The notes under the pieces: model-generated
What the model was told of the DNA's origin: nothing
The model's database searches: none
Seen by the model: the letters and a program-made list of their open reading frames with translations, nothing else
In this document: piece by piece, positions 1 to 19,606 of the stretch
Layout of the letters: every line of letters starts with the position of its first letter
Numbering within the stretch: the first letter of the stretch is position 1
From: Eledone cirrhosa
Taxonomy: Eukaryota
NCBI GenBank assembly: GCA_964016885.1
Contig: OZ024749.1
Coordinates: 3,348,001 to 3,412,000 of the forward strand
Direction of reading: 5' to 3'
DNA: 64,000 bases
Translations under genes and position numbers: made by a program

Positions 1-476
1 TGGTATTGTGTATTAGGTTTTGCCTACCACAATGTTCAATTTGTCAAGCTATTTAAACGTATGTTTAAATAGGGACATCCGCTTATCGAGTGCTTTGCCA
101 ACTCATTCATATTGTAGCTCGAATTTGCTTGCTCACAGCCACAGATTCGATTTTACTAAGCCTCCACTTATATATATATATATATGTGTGTGTGGGTGTG
201 TGTGTGCTTGTGTGTGTGTAAGTATTTACCGATACGGTCAAACATACCGTTTTTTTTGTCGATTAACCGCCTCTAATGATGCTGGAGTCGCATACATGGC
301 ATCCACAGGAGACTTTAAGACTATCATTTATGAAATATACGTGATATGTCGATAATAATATACACGAAAATTCATCGCTTCCGCCCAATATATATACTCT
401 GTATGCACATCGAGTCTTCATATTGGTACCACCACCGCCAATAGTAATTCACTGATTCACACACACCCACACACAC

Positions 477-521
<45 letters not shown>

Positions 522-538
522 AGAACCCTGTTCTATAT

Positions 539-583
<45 letters not shown>

Positions 584-927
584 GTTATCCCCGGATGAAA
601 TGTGGCAGTACATATATACACTGATGAATGTATGTCATTATATGTCCATATATCGCTTGCATAATGTGTCTGTGTCTATTGCCATTTTTCACATGAAAAT
701 TAAGAACACTAAACGCTAATTTCATCCACCTGAAATGTTATCGAATATTATATTTTAAACACTACTTTTCGCCCACCATGTTACAAAGGAAGACAAAAAA
801 TGCTCAAGCTATGAATCTATTGTTTGCATAAAATATTGAATATATCTGCCATATATAAGTACATAAAGTCGATATTTTATGTTGTTGTTTTTCTGTGTAC
901 TCAAGTGCTTCTTTTTACAGCTAATAG

Positions 928-1228
928 TTGTTTCTACTATTGGCACAAGGCCAGCAATTATCCAGTATATTAGTGGTACTTTATTTTATCGACCCCGTAA
1001 GGATGAAAGGCAAAGTTAACCTCGGCGGGATTTGAACTTATGGTTTCTTATATATGCACAAGACCAGCAATTTTGGGGCAGGGGAAAGTCGATTAAATCG
1101 GCCCCACTACGTTATTTTATCGATCCGGTAAGCATGAAAGGCAACGTTAAACACGGCGGGATTTGAACTCAGAATTCTCAGCCGCGAAGCATATCCGACG
1201 CTCTACTGATACTGCCAATCCACCGCAC
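928..1228 (-). mobile_element. Tandem pair of tRNA-derived SINEs (Meta/Sauria-like core)
   Basis: The plus-strand motif ggtactttattttatcgaccccgtaaggatgaaaggcaaagttaacctcggcgggatttgaact is the reverse complement of a B-box (gagttcaaatccc) followed by the core gcctttcatcctt..ggggtcgataaaataaagtacc. The pair is flanked by the direct repeat acagctaatag (917-927, 1234-1244). Confidence 0.85.
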
Positions 1229-2046
1229 TTTTCACAGCTAATAGGAAATGTAGTAATATGTACATTAGATTTGTAAGTTTGATACTATACAGTATTCCTA
1301 CCTTGAATATGTATCTTAAATATAGACTGTGTGATTTTAACTGCTATAGGATAATTAGAAATATATTTCTGTCCTATGCTAAGTTATTAACTAATTATTT
1401 TTGGATATATAAATAGCTCAATTAAATAGATACTCCCACATATAATAAAATAGCAGACAAATATATTAAGTAGTTTGTTTCAATGAGATGGATGATGGCA
1501 AGCCCTCCTAAATACGTTTATAAGTTACGTCATAAACAATACAATGATGGTTTGGATAATGCATCTACCTACACTCGGTTTTAGTAATATCCCTATAAAC
1601 ACAGTTATCATCCTTGGAAATACAGCTAATTCCACATCAAAGCACATAATTCCTTCTTGAAAAAATAGAATGAAAACCATATATAGAATGGTGAAAAACT
1701 GACACATATTTGATCAATCGCTTATTAAATTTTCAATTGTATTCCAATATCAATAGAGTAAATATTGCTTTCCATCTTTTTGTTTTAGATATAATGAAGC
1801 TTAAAGGAAATGGATGTAATACCATTCTTTATAAGGGTGTAATTTATAGCAGATATAGAGATGCTTGTGATCATATAGCTACTCTCACACGAGCACACTT
1901 TCTTTCTAGATATTTTTACACCAATACGTCAACAGTAAGATCAGCGTTCAATGTGCGATATTTTAGTGGGGGTATTTTACATTATTGATTAACGTAAAAA
2001 CAACAATAAGAAAGACCCCTAGGTATATATTTGATATTTAGCGATA

Positions 2047-2345
2047 TTCTTCTTCTTCTTCTGCTTCTTCTTCTTCTACTTCTTCTTCTTCTTCTCACTC
2101 GTCAAACACTTCTTCCAGCGGGTGCCGTGAATAGCAACCGTTTCAAACTGATCCGACCAGATCCACGAGCGAGACCAGAAAAGCTCATGGATGTAATCCA
2201 AACATCTTGCTCCAGGTCTATCGCTGGATCTCCTGTCGGTTGGTTTCGTCCGTAAAATCTGTCCAGCAATTCTTTCCTTAAACATTCTAGCCACATGCAC
2301 ATATTATCGAAGCTGTGATCTCACGATTCAGAGAAGTAGCCGATA
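2047..2345 (-). mobile_element. RTE-clade LINE 3' end with (GAA)n tail
   Basis: ORF 2076-2300 reads HVARM..ERIAGQILRTKP..RR...RP..R.LD, the typical RTE C-terminal GHVxRM/GRPxxxW region, and ends in a GAA repeat. Confidence 0.75.
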
Positions 2346-4314
2346 TTCCTGGCGTAACAATCTGACCCCCAAGATACGCATACTATATCTCGTAAGTTAC
2401 TCCAAAGACCCTTAACAGAAACCCCATTTCTTCCGCTTGCCTTGGCTATGATATTCTTTCGGTTCTTATTCATGATTCATGATCATAGGTAAGAATTGGC
2501 ACAAATACCAACTAATCTGTAATTATGTAATTTATTTAATGTATTCTTTGTTTATATCCGGTGTAGAATAGGTACAATGTACCACGGACTGTCGTATGTT
2601 GCGAGCCAAATGCAGTGCACCAGAACGAGTCTCCAACCGTATAGTATTGCTTTTGACAGACATCATGATGTGCATGATGGCTTTTATGAGGTCCGCAAAT
2701 TTGATCACAGTTATTACAGGCAGATATGACATTAAAATGCCTGAGGCTATATTCCTTCATCTTAATCATTGCTGGTTGAGGTTTCATTTAGTGTTTCCCA
2801 GAATTCAGAATCTTAATTTTTACGTTCACTTACGGACGCTCATTCTTTTGAAATGCCTTGCCCAATTCTACATTAAGTAAGTTTGTTAAATTAACCATAG
2901 AATGTATTCCCTTGTTGTTGTTCGTGGATAACATTTGTTGGTTTATGGTCTTTCCCCGTTACTCCAACTGAAATGTGGTCATGAGAAGAAACTTGAAACC
3001 GAAAGTAATAGCGAAATATAGGAAAACCCATCACACAATAGTGGATTAGCGATGGTTATGTTGATTGAATACAAACACAGACTCCGTTGTCAATAGTCAT
3101 TTCTATTAATGATATGCCTTACACAAAGTAACGAGATATCAACACAGAGAAGAATATATATCACACAATAAGCACATACGAAATATATTATTACAGAACG
3201 TTTGCCATCGAGAAAACAATTGAGGTGTTAAAAAGGAATAGTAATACGAAGTGGCAAGACATGACAAAAGGTCGTATAGAATGTATTGTTCTGTTCCACC
3301 TCCTCTCCCTCTCTCTCGCCCTCTCTCTCGCTCTCCTTCTCTCTCTTTCTTTCTCTCCTCCTCCCCTCTCTCTCTGTCTCGTACAAACTTTCTTTCTCTC
3401 CTCCTCTCTTTCTGTCTCGTACAAACTGTATTTTTTATGCACTTATGCTTTTTATGAGGCCAACATCACTTCCTCCCTACAATTCTTCTTCTTCTTTTTT
3501 TTCTTCTACCACCCCCCCTCCTCCTCCCCCGCGTCTATGATGTTAATATACTTTCATGAGGTTCCGAATATCTTATTTTGCTGAATATATACATCTACAT
3601 TTCGATTCTTTTTTAAGAGATGAGCACACACTTACGAGAACCATAAAGGTTTGCGTGCCAACATAATTTTATGGAATAGAGCTGTTTGATTTCGAGAAAC
3701 ACTGCTGCTAAATTTGAGCATACTGAAGCATACTGAAGTTACCTATGAACGCTATTATAAAGGCAAGAATAATTCAATTAAGTCTGCATTTAAAGAGAAC
3801 GAATTGTTGTTTTACGATGTGAGTCGATGTTTAGTAGAGCAGAAAGCAAATTATACCTACGTTAAAGTTGTTATTAAACCATTGCGATGCACTGCCAAAT
3901 GCTTCGGAAATATATATCTAATGCATGAATCATTTTAGGAAAAGCCTAACGTTAAATACATCACACAAAAGAACAATATATAGAAGCATGTACAACGTAT
4001 TGCCGGATACACATATGTGTCATTCAGCTGAAATACGTCGAGGTAAAATTTACAAGCGTGCGATGAAATAACGACACTCGGTAATTCCAGATTATAGCCT
4101 TGCGAAATAGTCAAATTCGACAATTTCGGGTTATAATATCTATCATATAATATTCATTGCTATGTCACTTAATAAACGAATGCCATTTAATAAATAAACT
4201 CTAGGTAAATATTGTGATATGGCAAATATATAGGGCATGAAAATATTGAATTATGGAAATCCTACATTTACAAATACAAATAAACATTAAATAGCTGTGC
4301 ATGATCTTTGTCAA

Positions 4315-4490
<176 letters not shown>

Positions 4491-4493
4491 AAA

Positions 4494-6403
4494 GTGCATA
4501 CGTGTGCAATCCCGACCAGGTCCGTACACGACAACCTACACCTCATGTGATACATCATACAGAGCGTGGGTAGTAAATCCGGTTTCGGTGGGGCGCTGAT
4601 CAATTTGGATCAGTTTAGGGTCAAACATCGATACTTGGAAGCGGTTCTGAAGGCGGCCGGTTTCGGTCCCGTTTTCAGAGGCTGGATCGAGGCGATGCAC
4701 AGCAGCATCTGCTCGAGGGTCAAGGAGAACGGCTACCTATCGGAGCCATTCGCAAGCACGCGGTCCATTCGACAGGGGTGCCCTCTCTCCTCCATTCTGT
4801 ATATATTGACTCTAGAGCCACTACTGCTGAAATTGGAGCTGCTGCAGGGCATCCTTCTAGAACCGGGACTGCGCAAAGCGGTGTCGGCTTATGCCGACGA
4901 GGTAACGGTAATGGTATCGAGCACCTCGGAAATCGGGGTGATCGGCAACTTATTGAAAACATAGGAATCGCTGACGGGAGCAAAATTAAACCCGGACAAG
5001 TCTGTCGGTTTGCAACTCGATACGTGGAGAGGCAAATCGATGATGTCCGACAGCGTCGTTGGACGCTGGACGGACGGACTGGTGAAATTGCTCGGGGTCT
5101 GGTTCGGTCCAGACCTCCAGGTGGAGAATAACTGGAACGCGGTCACGGCCAAGGTGTTTGGGCTCACCGAGAAGTGGGCAGAGTGTAAACTTTCCTTGAA
5201 AGGTCAAGCGGAGGTGGCGAACAGTTTAATAGCGTCCGTCATCCACTACCGATTGACTGTCGTGCCTTGTCCACGTGAAAACCTCGCCAAAATGGAACGC
5301 ATGCTCTTCCAGTTTCTGTGGAAGAGGCAGGCTCCGCTGGTGAGGAGATCCGTCTGCTGGCAGCACAGTTCCAAGGGAGGGCTGGGAATGCCGTGGCTGA
5401 TGATGCGCGAACATGCGCTGAAGCTGCACTATCTCCAGGTATTCCTCACCAACCCCCAACCGGTATGGGCACCGTTTGTGAGACAGGCTTTCCCACAGCT
5501 CGTCCCGCTGACGGAGCTGCAGTCCTTGGTTAAGAAAAGACCGAAAACGATGGGCGCTTGGCACTCCGACATTCTATAGAGGGATTTTATGTTACAACGG
5601 CGACGACGTGCTTGGAGAGACTCTCGGCGTCGAAGACGATGTGCTTACCAGTCTGTTTGGTAGGACTTTCCGCCCGGGACCTATGGAAAACTTCCAGAGG
5701 CCCCTGGCCTGGCAGTGCTACCAGGAGCTCTACCGGTTCGTGACAAGATCTACAGGCACGGACCTTCCAAGAGAACGTGTCCAAGATGCGCGCAGGACAT
5801 TAAAACAGTCCTGCACGCAATTGTACACTGCCCGGGCGTCACCGACCTGTGAAAATATGCAGAACAACTGCTGTCACGTATGGGACAAATCCAGTTGACT
5901 GCCGAGTCCATAGTAAGGATCAAATCGCCAGCCTCTTTCAAAAACGAAAGTGAGGCAGTTTTCCTTTGTACAGTGGCTATGGTGAAAGAAGGTATATGGT
6001 GGACGAGATTGAGAGGGCTGAGGACAGATGCCTTTCTCTCCGGACAACAATTGATTCCCTTCTTTAAGTATCACTTTAGAAGGAGAATCAGAGGGGAGAG
6101 AGATGCACTGCACCCCTGTAAATTTAGTGAAAGGTGGGTGAATGAAGCGAAAATGGCCCCAGTGATTGGGCCTTCTCTGTTTATAAGCCTGTAGGAAGAA
6201 AGGAGGACTTGCACAACAGGTACCTGGAGTTGAGTGTTGTTCTATCGACGGGGTTTAAACAACCCATTTGTGGCGTTCCCCCTATTGGGGATTTTTATTG
6301 TTTTAATTGTTTGTTTTATATTTTTTTTCCACTATTGTATGTAACATTCCCATGTCTTTGTATTGTCTCATTTTCTTTGCGCCCTTGTGGCAAATAAAGA
6401 AAT
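4494..6403 (+). mobile_element. 5'-truncated, frameshifted Tx1/L1-clade LINE (RT and C-terminal part of ORF2, 3' UTR)
   Basis: Motifs IRQGCPLS, AYADEV, LGVWFG and KGGLG. It ends in gcaaataaagaaat next to (TA)n and carries several stops and frameshifts. Confidence 0.9.
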
Positions 6404-6410
6404 GTATCTA

Positions 6411-6453
<43 letters not shown>

Positions 6454-6834
6454 CTATCAAAGCTAATCCAAAGCAGGAGATGTTGATGTGAATCACTGTT
6501 GCTTATCAAGATAGCATCATGTCCTTTTCTTTAAAAAAAACTATGCAGGCTTCAAGCCTGCATCTATAGAGTTTATATTTCAAGTAATTGGATATGCAAT
6601 GGTTGTGTGAATTACTTTTTTCTCTTGTTTATTTCGCATCTCAAGAGTTAGCGATTCTGATTTTCACACATCAAAATAATCCCACCCAAATCATTTATTC
6701 CAAATAATTACTATACATATGGGGACTCTTTTACAGGTAATATATATATATAAACATACACACACACACACACACACAATCACACACGCACATATATATA
6801 TATATATATTTGTTTGTGAGTGAATGTATACCTT

Positions 6835-6866
<32 letters not shown>

Positions 6867-9090
6867 CTAGCAGAAGTACCCGGCGTTGCCCGGGTTAAGT
6901 CGACCTTTGGTCTGTTAGAATGTGTGAAAGTTACTTCCCGCGCATCACAGGTTCAAAACTTCGAACTTCAATGAAAAAAAATAGATTAGTAGACGCAGGT
7001 GTGTAATTTATTAATTGTAGTTACACAGTATATCGTTGAAATTGTTCTCTGCACGACTGACGGAAGTCAAAATCGCTTGATATTGAATGTTCAGTTAATT
7101 TAAAGCTCACATGTGCAGAAGAAGAATTAAAAGGGCCTGTATCTTAACCGCGGCATAATGGCGAGTCTTTTGTGACAGTTTTCAAGAATATCGGACGTTC
7201 CTGTAAACAGTTTTCCCATGTGTAACTTTGCCCTGTTTTTTTGCGCAAAGTCCAGCCCCGCTTCAGTTTTATTGATTTTTTACATCAATGCGTGATCTCT
7301 GAATTAGATTTGAGTAGCTAAAAACCTGTCCCGGTAAATTTGCTATAGGTGAAAAAAAGTTGATCAAAATTGTATCTAGGGTTATTGCCCTTTGCAACAG
7401 CCTCAACGTGTCTTCAAGTATGGTTTGTTAATTTGCTGTGGAACTAAATCTACTTCGTCAAATCAGACCGAGGAATCAATGTTTCCATTTCTCTTTCTAG
7501 CTAGTGTACCCGGATACACACGGATTTATAAGGCGCTGGATTTAAATAAATGAAGAACAAACGTTTCCTTTTGTGCTCCTATCTGTGATATTGGTATTTT
7601 GAAAAAATAGTCCACAAACATCCATGGAGCATGTGTAACGCAAGTATCAGGTTATGAGAAAAGGGTTTTCGATTCTCCATACATAAGATACAAAAAAATT
7701 TCACGCAAATAAAACGGGATTTTAAGGCACTGCCCAATTCATAGCTGAAAGGTAAGAATCAAGCGGAATAATGTTTTGCGACATTGTCTAATGTACAACC
7801 GTACAAAAGCAAAGGATATAGCCATTGACATCTAGGTAGACCAAAGAATTTGGTGGTGTTGTATATCACAGGATTGTTTCCCAAAGTGAAGTTAGGTGAT
7901 TGTAGTCGGTGTTGTATAAAAAAGTAAAAGCATACGGAAGATTGAACCCTTACGAATTAAGTGAAAATCACGTTGATATTCCTATCGGGGCAAAATGTGC
8001 CGAAAAACCTGACGGATTGTTGTGTCAATATTGAAATCGTAGAAATTGCGAATCCCGACCTATAAGATATAATGGCTAGGCCTTGGAGGTGAAGGGGAAG
8101 AATGGTATACTTGTTTTGCTGAACATTTTGACCATTAATTTAAATAGACATGCGGTTTGGTTGTTTATGACCTAGAATGAGGGCCGGTTAAACGCGCCAG
8201 AAAAATAAGCCATGCTGATGATGTTTAGGGGCGTCGCAGGGAATAGATGAGGAGTTGTGAGTCAATTGTGAGGACAGTGGATGGCATGTTGATAGCTTTA
8301 GAAGACTCAATGCTACACAGGATGCTTCTCGGCCAAAATGTGTGCACGTGTGCGAAATTAATTGCAAATACGCTCATAACATTTAGTCGTAAGCAGAACA
8401 AAAAATGCTATTAGAGGTGGGCTAATAATGAAGACACAAACCCTGGTGAACTTACGTTTAAACACCCGAAAAGTTACTCACTTCCTGTGCAAAAGACTGT
8501 AACAGTAGTATTATAAATTAAATAATTTTTTAGAACCTTTTGTTTAAAAAAGGAAAACATTGGATACGGACGTAACATTTTTTACAACTTTGTATGTGTA
8601 CAATACAACTTGGTCAACGTATTATTTAGTAATTTTTTTTTTCAAAAAGCATGATTATTTAAAACTGTTTGAAAATTTACTCACAGCTTTTAGCATCACA
8701 AAAGACACCATTAAATTTGGTTCCATTTTCAGATAGGGATAATACTGTATTTCCACTTGAATAAGCTGGAATATGAAAAGATAAACTCTTTAATCGTCGG
8801 TAGTTTACTCAGACAGCTGGCCGTCCAATCAATAACGCACGTCCTTATATGGGCATATCAAATTTATTTTTATTGCGCCAGATGTAAACTAAGAGTTCTT
8901 GTGTTCGAATTCACATAACATTTCATTGGAATAGAAAAACATTCTGTCATAGGGCCCGATTATCGATTTTTCGAAATATATGCGCCATATAACGACATTA
9001 TCAGTTTCCTTTTGATTCTTCCTTCCTTTCACTTTCATATGTCTGTCGTAAATCCCTATTCTTTCCACTATATTAATATACATGTGTAGA
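6867..9090 (-). mobile_element. Probable non-autonomous Helitron-like element (3' end well supported, 5' end uncertain)
   Basis: The minus strand ends ...acccgggcaacgccgggt-acttctg-CTAG|T: a GC hairpin (6878-6895) 7 nt from the CTAG, inserted in (TA)n. A possible A|TC start lies near 9090. No Rep/helicase ORF. Confidence 0.55.
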
Positions 9091-9197
9091 TTCAAATTTT
9101 TATTATATTTGGTATTCTTCTCATATTATATCAGGGTATTTTCACTCTCAGAGGTTTTAAACCTCGCCTTTCATTTCTGTCAAATTTTCTATCAAAA

Positions 9198-9229
9198 TAT
9201 TTTTTCCATTCCATATTCTGAGTAAGTCC

Positions 9230-9319
<90 letters not shown>

Positions 9320-9351
9320 GGACTTACTCAGAATATGGAATGGAAAAAATA
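9198..9351. repeat. About 40-bp inverted repeat bracketing a pure (TA)n
   Basis: ttttttccattccatattctgagtaagtccaatatta ... taatattggacttactcagaatatggaatggaaaaaa. Confidence 0.9.
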
Positions 9352-14927
<5,576 letters not shown>

Positions 14928-14928
14928 A

Positions 14929-15920
14929 ATTAAGTTAAAAATGTACATCCACATATGTATACTGAAATACTAGTATGCATATGAATACACACACGTATAC
15001 ATATGTAGATGTACCGAGTTTTTCACTGGTCACTTTACTGTGAGTTTCCAGCTATTCTGTATGTAAACACACAGACAAACCGGTTTTTAGAGTCATACTG
15101 GTTTTTGAGGAAACACCTTTCCTCTATTCTCCAGAAAGCAAGACAAGGAATATTGAACTAGTTTCGATGTTGTTACATCTCATCAGCAATATTTACCTAT
15201 CTTCCGGCCTCTCTAGAGAATCGTAAAAGCACATATCGTTATATGCTTTTTCTATGAAAATTAGTAGTGGGCAGACTAATTTGCATAGAGCGTGAGTACG
15301 TACCGGTTCAACGGAGACGATAAAAACAAATAACGAAACGAAATTAAATTTCGTTTCGTTTGTAACTCACTTTTGTATGACTGACGCTTAAACAATTAAG
15401 TTAAAAATGTACATCCACATATGTATACTGAAATACTAGTATGCATATGAATACACACACGTATACATATGTAGATGTACCGAGTTTTTCACTGGTCACT
15501 TTACTGTGCGTGTCCAGCTATTCTGTATGTAAACACACAGACAAACCGGTTTTTAGAATCATACTGGTTTTTGAGGAAACACCTTTCCTCTATTCTCCAG
15601 AAAGCCAGACAAGGAATATTGAACTAGTTTCGATGTTGTTACATCTCATGAGAATAGAGGAAAGGTGTTTCCTAAAAAACCAGTATGACTCTAAAAACCG
15701 GTTTGTCTATGTGTTTACATACAGAATAGCTGGACACTCACAGTAAAGTGACCAGTGAAAAACTCAGTACATCTACATATGTATACGTGTGTGTATTCAT
15801 ATGCATACTAGTATTTCAGTATACATATGTGGATGTACATTTTTAACTTAATTGTTTAAGCGTCAGTCATACAAAAGTGAGTTACAAACGAAACGAAATT
15901 TAATTTCGTTTCGTTATTTG

Positions 15921-15922
<2 letters not shown>
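14929..15922 (-). mobile_element. Non-coding hammerhead-bearing retrozyme/Penelope pLTR-like insertion: about 1.5 tandem 466-bp units plus a ~270-bp inverted copy
   Basis: taagttaaaaatgtacatcc recurs at 14931 and 15397. The inverted copy spans 15650-15922. (TA)n lies on both sides. Confidence 0.85.
15149..15193 (-). ncRNA. Minimal type I hammerhead ribozyme
   Basis: Minus strand: AAUAUUG CUGAUGA GAUGU-AACA-ACAUC GAAA CUA GUU CAAUAUU. It has a 7-bp stem I, a 5-bp stem II and a palindromic stem III (ACUAGU). Confidence 0.9.
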
Positions 15923-17460
<1,538 letters not shown>

Positions 17461-19120
17461 ATAACTTTGAATAACTTTGAAATGTTTTGGCCAGTATTGG
17501 CCCAGGCCATGTCTAACTTAATAGCACCACCTGGCGAAGTCTTTCAATTCAGGATTTGGGCACCATGGCCCATTCGAGAAGAGAATTACTGTTTGCGGAG
17601 ACATATCCGGGTGTGGGTGGTTTGTCCGGGATTACTTGGAGGAATTTGTCCAAAGACTTCTTGAATTTTGTGTGGTCAGTCTCTGTTTTGACGTGTCCTG
17701 GTGTGATGTTGAAGAGAGCAGGGCCGATTGAGGTGAAATAATTGTGCCGTATTGTTGTTATGAGTTGCGATTTAGATTTTTGAATGGGACGGATAGCACG
17801 GGGCCCAAGCCTTGGGTGTATCTTGAAGGCGATGCCAACATCATTTGGGCAGTGATGATGGAACATTTTCCACATCATGCAGATAATATAACGCTCACGG
17901 CGACGTTGGAGTGAGTAAAGTTTCAGGTTTTCCAATCGACCCCAGTAGTCAAGGTCTGACATGCCATCTATCTTTTTCGTGATTGCCCTTTGAGGAGCTT
18001 CAAGTTTCATGATACTTTGTTTCGTGTGGGGAGACCACAGTGGACAACAGTATTCAAGGTGTGGTCGGGCGAAAGTAGAGAAGAGAAGGATAATGGTGCG
18101 GGAATCTCTCGACTGGAAGGTTCTGAGGATCCAGGAACACATTCTGCGGGCCATGTCAACTTTGCTGCTTATATGCGTGGTCCAGCTTATGTTGCTGTCC
18201 ACGGTTACTCCCAAGTCTCTGATGTTGTTAGATGCCACGAGAGTTTCCCCGGAGGGAAGGGAGTACGGGAGTTTCAGAGCATCCTCTTTTCCAAAGTGGA
18301 TCAGTTCGAATTTGTCTTCGTTCAGTAACATGTTGTTCTTTTCTGCCCATTGGGTAACAGCCAGTAGGTCTGACTGAAGGCTTATCCGGTCATCCACGCC
18401 ATTGATGACCTTTTGGAGCTTGGAATCATCAGCGAAAATTTTAATGTTGCTGTGTTTGATGATGTCAGTGATGTCATTAATATAGATGATGAAGAGAAGT
18501 GGGCCCAACACAGTGCCTTGTGGGACTCCACTACTGACTTTGGCTGGGCTTGATTTGACTCCCTCAACTACAACATGTTGGGTTCTGTTTGACAGGAAGC
18601 TCTTGATCCACTGCAGCAGCTTTCCAGTGACACCAATATTGGACAGTCTTTCTCAGTAGAATGTTATGATCAACCCTGTCAAAGGCCTTGCTGAAATCAA
18701 GGTAGATAACATCAGTGTTGGAACCCTCTCCCAAGGCTCTCAAAATGTCATCAAAGTGATGCAGTAGTTGCGTCAGGCAATCCCTTCCATTACGGAATCC
18801 ATGCTGGTTGGAGTTCAGCATATTGTTACTCTCAAGGAAGTGGGTCATTCGCGATCTCACCACTCGCTCAAATACCTTAATGATATGAGAGGTGAGTGAG
18901 ATTGGACGGTAATTCACGGCAAGGGATTTGTTTCCCTTTTTGAAAACTGGGACAACAGACTGGGATAGAAGGTTTTCTGGCACATATCCAGCATCCAGTG
19001 AGTTCCGCCACAGATTGGCAAGAGGAGAAGCAAGTTGGTGTTGACACGCCTTCAAGACACAAGCAGGGAACCTATCGGGACCTACTGCTGAATTATGCTT
19101 GATTTCCTTTATTGCCGATA
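17461..19120 (-). mobile_element. 5'-truncated CR1-like LINE, RT domain with one frameshift near 18650
   Basis: Motifs NYRPISLTS, QHGFR, YLDFSKAFDRV, GVPQGTVLGPLLF, FADD and RPHLEY..W. The 3' tail is a 10-bp repeat (ttcaaagtta)2 abutting (TA)n. Confidence 0.92.
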
Positions 19121-19179
19121 CATACATATATATATATACATACATATATATATATACATACATATATATATATACATAC

Positions 19180-19242
<63 letters not shown>

Positions 19243-19478
19243 GAAACACACAGATACATGCGGACACACACATATATACATGAATGCATCCGCACCCAAC
19301 TGTGAGTTAAGGGTGCCAACTTCACCGATGTTGCTCAATGAATGACTGGGACAGACCAATTCAGTTTGAACTAGACTGAACCAGTATCAGAGTTAAAAAT
19401 ACATTATGAAGAGAGAAGAAACATTTAGATATAATTAGTAATAAAATGTATCATACCTAAACTGTTCCTAAATTCCTC

Positions 19479-19556
<78 letters not shown>

Positions 19557-19606
19557 ATCTATGTATCTATCTATTTATCTATCTATATCTATCTTTCTAT
19601 CTATCT

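Noticed and set aside
265-356. ctaatga...gaaatatacgtgatatgtc resembling a hammerhead
   Set aside because: The core is mutated and there is no stem I complementarity.
2532-2880. Short Cys/His-containing ORFs
   Set aside because: No convincing domain or splice structure, so they cannot be assigned.
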